Positions 9,025-21,424 are shown, counted from the first letter of the stretch. The stretch is 32,000 bases of DNA from Wallemia ichthyophaga EXF-994 (GCF_000400465.1 NW_008806283.1:90001-122000); one strand, 5' to 3'. Program-made: numbers and translations. The notes: a model not told the origin generated them from the letters alone.

Positions 9025-12000
9025 ATGGTCAAGCGCAAATCAGAGGCAGCAGACACGGCAAACACGCCAAACGCGGCAGACGCGGCATCTGTACTCAAAT
9101 CGGCCTCATCCAAGAAGCACAAAACTTTCGACGACGCTGGCAGTACCAACAACGGCGCTGAGATCGACTTTCCTAGAGGCGGCGGCACTGGTCTTACCAA
9201 CCTCGAAACAGCACAAGCCAAGCAAGAGGGTAGAAGGGATGCCGATAGGGATGTTTCCTCCAAAAAGAAGCCAGCAAAGGTGCGTCCATTCCCCTTCAAA
9301 TCGTGCAATTCTAACACACTCGACAGAAGCCAGCAGCGAAGAAGCCAAAGAGAGATACTCAGAATGATAATGCTATCACTGATAAGATTAGAGTCGAGCA
9401 TCTCAACTACAAGCGGGCTGTGCCTGGTCTCAAAGTACTCGCACAAATCATTCAAATTACTCCAATCGAGCTTATCGTATCTCTCCCAGAGCAGCTCCTT
9501 GCTCACATTCCCATTACAAACATTTCTACACACTTCACAAACCGTTTGGATAACGCGATGAACGATGACAGTGACGATGACAGCGACCAAGAAGAAGACG
9601 CATCCGATAAAGAGGACGACTCTCTCCCTGAGCTAGATGATCTTTTTCATGTCGGTAGCTGGGTGCGTGCCGTCGTTTTACACACCCACAAAGACACAAA
9701 CTCAGGCAGAGTCAAGAAGGAAGGCGAGGAACTCATTAAAGCTTCCCGCAAGCTAGAGCTCACCCTCGATCCACGTAGTGTTAACGAAGGCCTCACCGCT
9801 AAAGACTTTGTCAAGGATTTCACCACCGTCGGTGCTGTCAGAAGTGTTGAGGATCACGGTTATCTGATTGACCTCGGTGTGTCCGACGTTGATGGTTTCG
9901 TCAGCAGTAAAGAAATGAACAAGAGCGGCTTCGATAAAGCCATCGCTGCCCAAGTTGGCGCTTTACTCCCACTGACAGTCACCAGCAAAACAAACAAAGT
10001 CGCAAACCTCACTCCTAACTTACATACTTTCGCTAAATCTTACATGAACGAGGCTAATACGCTCGAGTCTGTCATTCCTGGTGTACTGCTCAACGCTATG
10101 GTCACCGCTGTTCTTCCCGCCGGTCTCAATGTCCGTTTCTACGGTTTCTTTGACGGTACAATCAGTAGAGATCATATCCCATTTGAAAAAAAACCTCTGT
10201 CGGAGCGTTTCCCTGTGGGTAAGAAGATCAAAGCGAGGGTGGTGTTCGATCATCCAACGAGTAACCCCAAGCGGTTCTCCCTATCGCTCCTCCCCCACAT
10301 TGTACACCTCACCAACAGTTTGACGGAAGAGAGCGAGGATGGACAAACAATCTCAGACGCTTTCGCCAGAGGTAGAGTAGTTGAAGGTGTCCAAGTCATC
10401 ATGGTCGAGAGTGAGAAAGGATTGTTTGTGACTATACCTGATAGTACACTCATTGGATTCATACATATCTCGCAAATTGCAGACGACCACACTCCCTCCC
10501 TCAGTAGCAGCAGTGGAGCTACGAAAGTGGGTAGTACGCACACAGCGCGTGTCGTCGGAATAAGCTATGTTGATAAAGTAGTTCAACTCAGTATCAAGCC
10601 GAGCGTGCTACACAAGACGTTCATGAAAGTTTCAGATGCACAAGTGGGAGCTGTTGTAGATGGCACAGTGCGCAAGATGGCCGACGACAGGATGTTCGTA
10701 TCGATTAGTGGCAGTGTGGATGCTATAGTGTGGCCAGTACATTACTCAGATGTGAAGCTCAAACATCCCGAGAAGAAATACAGACCGGATATGAAAGTCA
10801 AGACGCGTATCTTGTCAGCGGAAGCTGACAAGAATAGAATTACGGCTACATTGAAGAAAACACTCGTTAAGAGTGACCTCCCTATCGTCACTAGCTACGA
10901 TCGCTCTCAGAAGAACACTATCACTCACGCTACCGTCTCCTCAATTAAAGAAAAAGGAGCTATTCTGGAATTTTACAATAACGTCAGAGCTTTCTTGCCA
11001 GTGGGAGAGATTAGCGAGAGTTACACTAAACATGCTCAGGATGCACTGCATATCGGACAGGTCGTCAAGGTAGTCATTATCAAGGTAGAGACTGAAGAGG
11101 GGAGAATGATGGCCAGTATACGTAAAACGGTGCCTAAGGAGGAGCGAGATGCTTTGGTGAAGGAGAGAAAGTCTGAGAAAAAGGAGGTGAATGAGGAGAT
11201 GAAGGTGAAGGAGGACGAAGGAGAGCAAGTTGCAGGTGACGAGGATATCGATATTGATAACGCAATAAACGAAAATAGTCAATCTGAATCAGACGGCGAA
11301 GCTGTTGGGTTGCAAGTCGAGGAGGAAAGCTCCGATGAGGAAGACGACGATGTAACGATGGAAGACACCACCAACAAGAAGCCCAAAAAGACTACAAAAG
11401 ACGTCGATTCTCTGAGTACTGGTGGATTCAATTGGGATGGAGAGAACGACAAGAAAGACTTAGAACAAGAAGGCACTAACTCAGACGACTCTGACTCTGA
11501 CAGCGACGCCTACTCTGACGCTAATGACGACGGTAAGCGCAAAAAGAAGCGCAAATCGACGAAGCACTTTGAGGGAGATCTCACCGCGACAATGAACGAA
11601 AAGCCGCCAGAATCCTCCAACGACTTTGAGCGACTACTTCTCGGTTCGCCCAACTCATCCTACGTGTGGATTCAGTATATGTCATTCCAGCTCAACCTCA
11701 GTGAGATAGACAAAGCACGTGAGATTGCCCAGCGTGCACTCAAGACCATCGGGTTCAGAGAGAGTCAAGAGAAGTTCAATGTATGGATAGCGCTACTTAA
11801 CCTGGAAAACACATTTGGGGATGAAGATACATTTGATAAGACATTCAAGGAGGCTGTAAGCTACAATGATCCACTCACAATGCACATGAAGGTGGCGGAT
11901 ATACTCGAGGCGAGTGAAAAATATGACAATGCGAATGAAGTTTATGTGAAAGCGACCAAGAAATTCGGCGCTCATATCATACTCTGGGTGAATTACGCTG

Positions 12001-12478
12001 AGTTTAAATTCCGCGTGGAAGATGCGAATGGAGCGAGAAGTCTGTTGACGAGGTCGCTCAAATCGCTCGACAAGAGGGATCGTGGGTTTAGCTGACTTAA
12101 TTTATTAGCAACAAGACTAACAAACAACCTACAGACGTCGCGTGTATTTCTAAATTCGCTCAGTTGGAGTTCAAAGTGGGCGACGCCGAGCGCGGGAAGA
12201 CAATATTCGAGGGTATTATAGAAAGCCACCCTAAGCAACTCGACCAGTGGTTCGTGTATATAGACATGCTCGCGCGGACAGAGGATGTGGCTGGTCTGCG
12301 CAATGTGTTTGAGAAGCTCCTTGCGCTCAAGCTGTCTACTAAAAAGGCAAAGAGTGTTTTCAAGAAGTGGCTCACCATAGAGAAGGAGATTGGTGATGAA
12401 AATGGTGTGAGGGATGTCAAGCAGCGTGCCGTCGCGTGGAATGAGCAGCGTGAACAACATGGCCAGCACGATGAATAA
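9025..12478 (+). CDS. RRP5: rRNA biogenesis protein Rrp5; exons 9025-9279, 9327-12081 and 12135-12478; 1117 aa
   Basis: N-terminal DFPRGGG, IRVEHLNYK, S1 repeats (SVEDHGY, GFIHISQI), then a HAT/TPR region (DFERLLLGSPNSSYVWIQYMSF, EKFNVWIALLNLE, GDAERGKTIFEG). Exon lengths total 3354 nt, which is in frame. Confidence 0.95.
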
Positions 12479-12548
12479 TTAGTAGATGGAGAGGGAGTGT
12501 ATTTATTTATTTAATCCATTTATAGATGCATATTACAAAGTGCTCAGA

Positions 12549-13916
12549 TTACATCTCCTCCGTCCATCCCTGGATAGCACTAATAGCGAGCTCTTGGGGA
12601 ACAGGTCTGAATCGACTCCAGCTGTCTTCTATGTTCAAACTCTCTCCCTGTGTGTCGACACCGAGCATATTCGAGTGCCACGCCTTAGGTCTACTACCAT
12701 CGACAAACAAGAAACCCAAACCCATTAAAAACGGCGACTGCTTATACCACAAAGCTGCGACTCTATCAAAGTAAGTGGCTAATTGACCATCTGGTTTGGT
12801 AGTAGAGCCGCTATTACCAGAAGGGGCATCTGGCATACCTTTTTCCGAGGCGTATGTAAGAGTGACAGAAACTAAATTTGGGAGGTGATCGATGAACGCG
12901 CAGCTGAAGCGAATCTCACCAACGAGACGTTCCTCGAGTGTAAGTTCAGGCGGAGCGAGGGCATTAGTGTTACCTATAGCTAGGCTGGAGAGTGTGTTTT
13001 TGAAAGGAGCGAGAGAGCTAACGATGTCAAGGAAGTCCATAGTGAAGAGTGTTTCATAGGCGAAGGATGTGAGGGGACGTCCCTCCAATACTTTTAGTGT
13101 AGACTGCACTTCCTCGAGACTCGAGTCACCGTCTTTATGTGGGATGTAGCGCAATCTCTTGAGACCCGGTGCGGTACCGTCGCTGCCAAGCTCCACTATA
13201 TCGTCGGAACGACCCTCGAAAAGTTCCAACAGAGGCAGTGAGCCATCTGGCAAGTCTTCCAGGGCTTCCGAAGACTCAAGTTGGTCGTTGGGGAGGCGCA
13301 ATTGACGTAGGTTGCGGGAATTCTCGAGACAGCTTCCTAGCACGGATTTGTTGGGGATGGAGCCTCTGATGGAGAGCGATTCGAGAGTGTGGATGGGTGG
13401 TAGGCGAAGATCACTCCACAAACCCTCGTTAGTAAGAATGGAGAGATCTTTGAGCTTCCTGAGAGTAGCTAAGGAATAGAGAAGTCGCTGGAATGACTCT
13501 TTCTCGGCGTGTGTCCACGTCGATGGACTGATAAGCTGGATAGCAACAGACTCGAGCTTTTGTAAACGTACTATCAATTCAGATAGCTCAGAATGGTCTG
13601 CTATGTCCATGCTGGAATCCAGCTCACGTTTCAAATCAGATTCTTGTTGGGTGGTTGGATTGCCTACGACTAAAGAAAGGTGGTGTACGGACTGGCAGTT
13701 GCGGGAAGAGAATAGGCCGGATTGAATGACTTTTGAGGTGTAGACGCCAGCTTCAAGGCTGAACAAACGCAGTTGGATGTTACTCAGGATAATGCTCTTG
13801 GATAGTTCAAGTAAGCGCTTGTTGGTTGTTCTAAGAGAGTAGACAGAGTCCAAGTCAAGGTAATCGTCTATTATATGGCTAATAATTTCATCGGGCAGGT
13901 CCAGGAATCCTCTCAT
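12549..13916 (-). CDS. F-box protein with LRR-like repeats; probable start ATG at 13916
   Basis: MRGFLDLPDEIISHIIDDYLDLDSVYSLRTTNKRL is a canonical F-box; LxxLxL repeats follow. The 14348 start in the ORF track is a non-ATG upstream extension overlapping the next gene. Confidence 0.8.
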   Translation of the reverse strand: MRGFLDLPDEIISHIIDDYLDLDSVYSLRTTNKRLLELSKSIILSNIQLRLFSLEAGVYTSKVIQSGLFSSRNCQSVHHLSLVVGNPTTQQESDLKRELDSSMDIADHSELSELIVRLQKLESVAIQLISPSTWTHAEKESFQRLLYSLATLRKLKDLSILTNEGLWSDLRLPPIHTLESLSIRGSIPNKSVLGSCLENSRNLRQLRLPNDQLESSEALEDLPDGSLPLLELFEGRSDDIVELGSDGTAPGLKRLRYIPHKDGDSSLEEVQSTLKVLEGRPLTSFAYETLFTMDFLDIVSSLAPFKNTLSSLAIGNTNALAPPELTLEERLVGEIRFSCAFIDHLPNLVSVTLTYASEKGMPDAPSGNSGSTTKPDGQLATYFDRVAALWYKQSPFLMGLGFLFVDGSRPKAWHSNMLGVDTQGESLNIEDSWSRFRPVPQELAISAIQGWTEEM

Positions 13917-14025
13917 GGTTGTTATGTGCCTGGGGAGACCAGGAGAGACACCAAGCGAGAAGGCAGAAGTTTTTAATGTTTGATAGGAATAAAGATTAGA
14001 TATAAGATAAGGTAGAAACGTATTG

Positions 14026-14640
14026 TTACAAAGATGGTTGGCCACCTTGGATGAAGTTCTGAATAGTTGAGTTGTGGATTGGAGGATTGTGAGGTTGGAT
14101 ATGATTATTACTATTGCTATTACTGTGACTATGGCTATAACTGCGTCGGTGGCTTTGTCTGCCACTCCAATTTGAGCTTGAGCTGCTGCTAGTTGTGCTT
14201 GTTGTGCTACTGATGGATTTGATTTGAGTAGAATTGGACTGTGAGTATCTGTGACTGTGGTGATGGCTATTATTTCCAGGCTTAGAATCCACGCCGCTAC
14301 CCAACTTGAATCTCCCAAGCGATCGTTTAAAGAAGGCGCCGAGGCCACCGTGGCTTACTTGAAAATCATCCACAGGCTCACTATCATCAACAACCTTCTT
14401 CTTCTTGCCTCTCTTTCTCCTGTGCTTATCGTCGTGGTCATGATGCTCATGCTCATCATCGAGCTCAGTGATCCCGCCAATCAGACTATTCAACTCAGCC
14501 AGTTTTGCCTCCTTCTTGGCCTGCCGTTGTCTCTCTAGGTGCTGCTGATGAAGTGCTTTGCTGGCTTCTGTAGAGGACACCAAGTATCCATCGCAGGTGG
14601 ATTCTGTAGGCAGTGGCAGTTGCAGTTTATCTCTGTGCAT
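14026..14640 (-). CDS. Hypothetical low-complexity protein (coiled coil, basic NLS-like HRRKRGKKKK, His/Ser/Asn-rich tail)
   Basis: ATG-initiated 204-codon ORF with coding-like composition; no family recognised. Confidence 0.6.
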   Translation of the reverse strand: MHRDKLQLPLPTESTCDGYLVSSTEASKALHQQHLERQRQAKKEAKLAELNSLIGGITELDDEHEHHDHDDKHRRKRGKKKKVVDDSEPVDDFQVSHGGLGAFFKRSLGRFKLGSGVDSKPGNNSHHHSHRYSQSNSTQIKSISSTTSTTSSSSSSNWSGRQSHRRSYSHSHSNSNSNNHIQPHNPPIHNSTIQNFIQGGQPSL

Positions 14641-14773
14641 TCGGGTATATGATAGTTGTTGGTCGTAGTGTTAGCTAAACAAGTTGAATAGTTTCCGGTT
14701 TCGTATTCGATTAGTTACATCGGCCAAGACATGCAGACTGGCAGATACTTGCCATGTGATTTGCTTGTGTATA

Positions 14774-14801
14774 ACGCGTAAATCGTGCTTGTTCTACGCG
14801 T
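14774..14801. promoter_or_regulatory. Pair of ACGCGT (MCB-like) boxes upstream of the 14026-14640 gene
   Basis: ACGCGT at 14774-14779 and 14796-14801; function is inferred. Confidence 0.35.
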
Positions 14802-15125
14802 GTATCATCCTCACAGACGCACCTTCCCTTCCCAGATCACCTCCCATGCCTTTCCACTTTCGCGTCTGACAGCCAGGCACTGACTTAACTGACAGCTGCT
14901 TTGCATCACCTGACTGCATCTGCATATGCACCTGCACCCGCTCTAGCTGACACAAATACAATCCACTCTCATGCAGGGTATAAGTGGGGTGTAGATCCAC
15001 GCACCCCAAAAAAAAACTCAAAGTAAAAGTAATTCATTGCATGTGTCGATGATTAACATGTCGTTAAGAGTGTCGTAACTTGCGTTATTGCATATTTATT
15101 AGTGTTTATGGTTATTCAAACTGAG

Positions 15126-15825
15126 CTACTGCACAACAAGCACAGGTAGCTTGGTCTGCTCAATCACCGCACTGCTCACGCTCTCGCTAAACAGTTTCTT
15201 CCATTTCCCGAGAATCCTTCTGCCCACGATAACAAGATTGACGTGATGGTAATTGCACACTCTAGGAATAGTGCTCTTAGGATCACCATGTGCGACGTGG
15301 ATAGTCATCTCAATCCCCTTCTTCTGCTCTTGAAGTGTCGCTGTCACTTCTTCCCTCCTCAACTTGAGCTTGTCGAGGGCGACTTGGCGATCCCTAAAGA
15401 ATGCATTGATACGCGGATCAATTGCAGCTCCATCAGTCTTTGCCTCGTCAACACCGACGTAGATTGAATAATCCAAGTGTCTCTCTAGTGGTTTAAGAAT
15501 CGTCACCAGGAACAAATGATCTCCGCTCTGAGTGAGGTTCTCCAAATAATACTCAAGCGCTCCAATAGACTCTGCACTCTCGTCGTACGCTATCAGAACA
15601 CGACGAGTATCACTGCCAAGCTCATGCCCAGACACACCCTTTACCGTGTGGTGCTCTGTTAATGGCAGTGAAGGTTCTCTTGCGCGAATTGGATCTGTGT
15701 TTGTTTAGCAACTCAAACTCCCGCTAAACGTACACTCATCGATTACCTGGTGGAATTTCCTCTTGGCCCTCTTTTTCAGGGAACTTGGACGCTTTTACTG
15801 AGCTATTGCCGAATATGTTGACCAT
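15126..15825 (-). CDS. Universal stress protein (USP/UspA domain); exons 15734-15825 and 15126-15694
   Basis: Motifs RRVLIAYDES and GDPKSTIPRVCNYHHVNLVIVG...SVSSAVIEQTKLPVLVV. A 39-nt intron 15695-15733 (GTACGT...GCTAA...CAG) links ATG 15825 in frame. Confidence 0.9.
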
Positions 15826-16110
15826 TATGTGTTGCGTGTTCGTGACTGTTACAATTCACACTATATATCCCATATTAACCCACCTCCTTCTCACGCTGCA
15901 CATCTGACCAGCAAGACATTCATGACATAACCTCCAAGACATTAATAATGCTTTTCACTCTCACCAATAGAGTTTCAATAAATTATATTTGTATGTGTAT
16001 TGTATTGTGTATATTACAAATGACAACAAAGTCAATAAAGCAAACAAAGATGAAAATTTAGCTATAAATCAAGTTCCATGTGACATTTGAGTATCCAAAT
16101 CAACTCACAC

Positions 16111-18108
16111 CTACTTGGCAAAGACTTCCTTCCTTGACGGCGAGTTAGCTCTGGTGTTGGGTCGGTGAGAAGCCGGTGTATTATGAGAACTACCTCCCGC
16201 ATTAGCGTTAGGTTGAGGTGTAGAGTGATTGCTATAATCCATACTTTCATCATCCTCATCTTCCCTGTCATCTCTATCATAACTCGTATTGTTACTATTG
16301 CTATTGCGCGTGTTGTGTTGTCCCAACTTGCCCCCTGTCCCGTTTTGTCCAGACTTGCGCAGGTATCGCTGTCGTACTTGGTGGTACGAGCGAGTTCCCA
16401 CCATCTTGCTCACCGCATCCCATTTCTGTCCATGGATTGACACCGCTTTCGCGAGGAGCGCATCTTCCGCACCTGTCCACTTAGTGTATGGCGCACGCGA
16501 ATTGTTCGAAGGTCCCACTGGTCGCATTGAAGTGAACCCAGCTGGTGGGATGCTGAATGCTGCCGATGGGTGATGCGAGGGGTGTTGCTGCATTGGATGA
16601 GGGGCGACAATTGAAGGTGGAGGTTGAGGTGTATTTTGTGTGTGTTTTGTAAGTTGTGTGTGTTGTATTTGTGGTGTTTGTCCTTCCTGTACGCTTTGTA
16701 CTCCCGCTCCTTGCTGTGGATGCACTACTGCCTGTTGAGGCATTGGAGGTGTCGCACTCACCCCTAAACCACTCATTCCCACTCCCGGCTCAGTCTTTAC
16801 GCGTGGGCTGCTTGCATCCGTCTTAGGTGTGCCCCATGTGAGTCGCTTCTTCGTTGGGGATTCAACAGGCGAAGAGGGCGTCGGCGGGGAGCTGCCTCTC
16901 AGTCGCAGTGGTGGTCCCAACTCGTTGATATGCTCTCTATCCTTCTCGAGTGCGTTCAGCTTAGGTGGCAGCGCATACGAGCTCGTCGGTGTTTCATTAT
17001 TGCTCTGTTCCACTGCGTGATCGGCGAGAAAATCAAGCGCCGACCCCTTGTTGTCCTGCTGCTGCTCCTTCATCTGTGTTGTTGGTTTCGTTGGACTCGA
17101 ATTGTAGTGTAGATATGGATCCTCGTTCCTGTTCTCCCCACCAGTAACGTAATTCTTTCTGTCAGTGCTGTTAGATATGGTGTTGATTGCTGGTAGTCTT
17201 CTTCGCTTCGGCGAGGTTTGAGGGGATGGGGAGTATGGTCGAGGCTTGGTAGGCGATCTGCTCACACTGCGCCCGTGCTGGTTGTCAAAGACGGAAGTAG
17301 CTGCATTTATGAGATTCTCTATGCCATTGTGCTGCTGCTGTTTGGGCGTGGAGGATGACGCACTGTGCATGGCTTTGCGCCGCGATATCTGCTTGGGTTG
17401 GAGCGATGACTGTTCTTCAGGGTTATTGGATTTGCGAATAAGCGTGTTTAAACGTTTGGAAGCAAGGAGTAGATGCTCAGCGCGTGCGTCACCCATCCCA
17501 TACTGATCAGAGCGTGAACCATCACCGTCATGCCAAGCAGCGTCTTTCCAGGCCTCAATACCTGGATGAGCTTTGGTGATGAGCGTAGCGCGTATCTGAC
17601 GTAATTCATTTTCTAATCTATTCGCCCTACGTAAGGCTTCCTCGAGCTGTCTCTGGTGTTAAAAAAAAAAAAAGCGGAAATAAAAAAAAGCACCAACCTT
17701 ATTTTTAAGAACACGCTTATCGCCAACTAGCATTCTGTTCTCAGATTGAATATCTTGGTGAAGTACAGAGGTACCTTGAGGCTCAATCTCATCGTGAGCT
17801 TCCCAGCGAGTGAGGCGTGCATCCCATCGAGATCTCTCCAATTTCCAAGAAAGAGCTTCGGCTTGCCTCTTCAACGACTCCAGCTCAATTTTATCGATAT
17901 TGTTATTTGTGTGAATTGATTGTTTTGACAGTGTGTTTGAAGATTCAATAGCGTGATTTAATAATTTCAGTGAAGTGGCGTATAGGAATGGTGCATCCCC
18001 GTGTTTGTCATCTAATACCGCTCTTAACCCACTCAACTCACTCAAACTCAATAGATTTCCCCCTGGCTCCGATGGCTCAGAAATAGGTGATGGCGGGTTC
18101 TTGCTCAT
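16111..18108 (-). CDS. Myb/SANT single-repeat protein with N-terminal coiled coil and long disordered linker; exons 17698-18108 and 16111-17652
   Basis: T-rich intron 17653-17697 joins the two ORF-track fragments in frame. C-terminal KWTGAEDALLAKAVSIHGQKWDAVSKMVGTRSYHQVRQRY is a Myb repeat. Confidence 0.85.
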
Positions 18109-18409
18109 TGGTCGTTCTAGTCTAAGATATAATTTCCTGTAACTTCCTTATTTAGCAATTATTTTATATATTCGGCGTGTTTGGCGATTTGTTAATTTGA
18201 TTTTGTGATGGTGGATACTCAATCAACTTAACATTTTGATTTCTGAGATTTGATTTTTTATTTTTTATAAATATAAAGATGAGTAGAATTTGGAAATTCA
18301 GGTGTTATAGCTGCTAAGCTACATACTCGTACAACTCACACACTCAAATCTCTACTCCCTGTTATTCCCATCTATCACCCCAACCACCATCATTTAAATT
18401 ACTTTTAAA

Positions 18410-21005
18410 ATGCAATTGGATGTAAAAGTGAGGCTATCGGAATACACAAGACACCCTTAACACCCCCTCACAGCGACAATTCTTTAATCGCAGTGAACGT
18501 GTCAAATCGGTCGATTTCCATCCAACAGAACCTTGGTTATTGGCTGGTTTGTATAATGGATCTGTTGTCATTTACAATACATCCACCAATAACCCTGTAA
18601 AATCATTCGAAGTCACCGATGTTCCCGTACGCTGCGTACGCTTCATCCCAAGAAAGAATTGGTTTGTTGCTGGCTCTGATGATTTCCAATTGAGGTTAGT
18701 GGCTAATTGTTATGATTCCCATCCTCTCACTCTCCCCCTTTAGATGCTTCAACTACAACACCTCGGACAAGATCTCTTCCTTTGAGGCTCACCCAGATTA
18801 TATCCGCGCTTTGGCTGTACACCCAACTCTCCCATACGTTATCACTGGTTCTGACGATATGTCCATCAAGCTCTGGAATTGGGAGAAGCAATGGCGCTGT
18901 CAGCACATCTTTGAAGGCCATACGCACTACATCATGAATATTGTCTTCAATCCAAAGGATACCAACACCTTCGCTTCTGCTTGCTTAGATAGGACTGTAA
19001 AAGTCTGGTCTTTGGGCGCTGTAAATGCCAATTTTACCTTAGAAGCACACGATAAGGGTGTAAATTATGTCGAGTACTATCACGGCAACGATAAACCCTA
19101 TATCGTTACTACCGGTGATGATAGACTTGTCAAGGTCTGGGATTACCACTCTAAATCTCTCGTTCAGTCTATGGAAGGTCACACTTCAAACGTCTCATTC
19201 GCCATATTCCACCCTTCCCTACCACTTATCATTTCTGGCGCTGAAGATGGCACTGTTAAGGTGTGGAACAGCAGCACTTACAGACTCGAGCAGACTTTGA
19301 ACTACGGTCTAGAGAGAGCTTGGTCGGTTGCTTATTCAAAGTCTATCAATGACGTCGCTGTCGGTTTTGATGAGGGTGCTGTAGTTTTCAAGGTGAGCAA
19401 CTGTGTTCTATAGGCACTCACACTCACACTCAACAGCTCGGTCGCGAAGATCCAACCTTCTCAATGGACTCCTCTGGTAAAGTCATCTACTCACGCAACA
19501 GTGAAATCTTCGGTGCAAATCTTCAAACACTCGACCAAGATGACCTCGTCGATGGCCAGCGTATACCATCTCAAGCTCGTGAACTCGGTAATACTGAGGT
19601 TTTCCCACAATCAATTCAACACTCACCCAACGGTCGCTTTGTGACGGTTTGTGGTGATGGCGAATACATCATCTACACTGCACTCGCATGGCGCAACAAA
19701 TCATTCGGTCTCGCTACATCCTTCGCTTGGGCTGGAGATAGCAACACGTACGCAGTACGCGAACCAAGTGGAAAGCTACGTGTTTTTAAGAATTTTAAAG
19801 AGAAGAATGCCCCTAAGGTAGCCAATAATACGGGTGGAATTACTAGTGTTTTTGGCGGTTCACTTCTTGGTATTGCCGGGAATGGTTGGATTATGTTCTG
19901 TGATTGGGAGAGTGGAGATATAGTAAGATGGATTGAAGTAGATGCCTCGCAAGTGAGCTGGTCACCTAATGGCGACTACGTTGCCATTATTTCCCCTGAC
20001 TCCGCCTACATGCTCCAATTTAACCGCGATGCATACGATCAACACGTTGCGAATGGTGCTGATTTCGGTGATGAGGGTGACGAAGAAGCATTCGAGGTTG
20101 TTTCAGAAATCAGCGACTCAATCAGTACTTGTAAATGGCTCGGTGATTGTCTCATCTACGTATCGACGTTAAACAGATTATGTTATGTGTTGGGTCATAA
20201 GTCCCAGCCACTCAATCACTTTGACGGGCCGCAGTATCTCCTCGGATACATTGGTACTCAGAACCGCATCTATGTGATGGACAAAGATCTTCAAATCAGG
20301 TCATACGCACTCGCGAAATCGCTCATTGAATATGAATCAGCTATCCTCAGCCAGGACTTTACCCTCGCAGAAAACATCCTTCCTAGGATACCAGCCGATC
20401 AGAAGAACAGGATAGCAAGATTTTTGGAAGACGAGGGATTGAAAGAGTTAGCGATGAGCGTGGCAACAGACCCAGACCAGAAATTTGACCTAGCAGTAGA
20501 ACTCGGCAAGCTCGACGAAGGCAATGCGCTAGCTAGTCAGTCAGTGTCTGCAGATTCGCAGAACAAGTGGCGCACATTGGGCGACAAGGCACTCGAGAAA
20601 TGGGATATCAGTCTATCTGTGGAGTGTTACAAAAAGGCAAGCGACCTCGAAGCGTTGCTATTAGTATATACAAGCAGTGGCGATAAGGGCGGTATGCAGG
20701 AACTAGCAGAATTGGCGATACAAGCCGGACAGAATAACATCGCATTCGCCGCACTCTTACAACTGGGACAGCCGGGCGAGTGTGTTGATTGCCTCCTGCG
20801 TAATCAACGTTACGCAGAGGCTGGACTATTCGCTAGTACGTATTGCCGAGACAAGATTCAAGAGTGTACAGCAGCGTGGAAGAGCAGCTTGTTGGGGGAG
20901 AAGAAGGATAAGATTGCAAAATCTATCGGTGATCCTGAAAACCAGCCTGAATTGTTCAGCAATAGCAATAGCAATAGCCATAATAATCTGATCGATGTTG
21001 AGTAG
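18410..21005 (+). CDS. SEC27: Coatomer subunit beta' (COPI), 3 introns
   Basis: MQLDVK|[24 protein letters not shown]40 repeats ([26 protein letters not shown]), [12 protein letters not shown] and an alpha-solenoid C-terminus. Introns start at 18428, about 18695 and about 19393. Confidence 0.97.
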
Positions 21006-21424
21006 ATGTAAAATGAATTTTGTCTCTTTTAAGTAATTTAGCTCTTTTAATGACCGCATCGGAATAAAGATCGGCAATTAGATAAATTACGCAAATGTCT
21101 TAATTTAATTCGCCGGAAGTGCTCTTAATTAGGTGGGCGTGCAAAATTTTCACAGGTGCACAGAAGGACCTAAGAAGTCCGCCTGGACGTAGAATGCAAT
21201 TGAAAAAGCACACTACTATATTCGGTTGCAATTTCCGATGACACTTACTATATTTAGCATGCATTCTTCACACTGGGTTGTGATATCATCACATCGCCGT
21301 TCTTCGTCCTTCGTTCTGGATTGGCATGTATTGAGAATGAGTTGAGTCAACCGATAGCCGCTTACAATCCTAACAACAACCAACAGCCGCTAAAGGAGGA
21401 GCAACAGACAAAGAAAGCCACTCG

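Noticed and set aside
14322-14335. TTTAAAC (coronavirus-type slippery heptamer) on the minus strand in the orphan/F-box overlap
   Set aside because: It is phased for a -1 shift out of the F-box-extension frame, the opposite of the +1 shift needed to fuse the orphan to the F-box.
20958-20978. (AATAGC)n Asn-Ser microsatellite shared by SEC27, the Myb gene (about 16290) and the orphan (about 14110)
   Set aside because: Independent simple-repeat expansions in disordered regions; no flanking homology or mobile-element signature.
21337-21386. Possible extra ATG-A micro-exon and intron extending the MFS N-terminus
   Set aside because: The branch and acceptor (CTAAC...CAG) look good, but the donor GTTGAG lacks +5 G; cannot be supported without transcript data.
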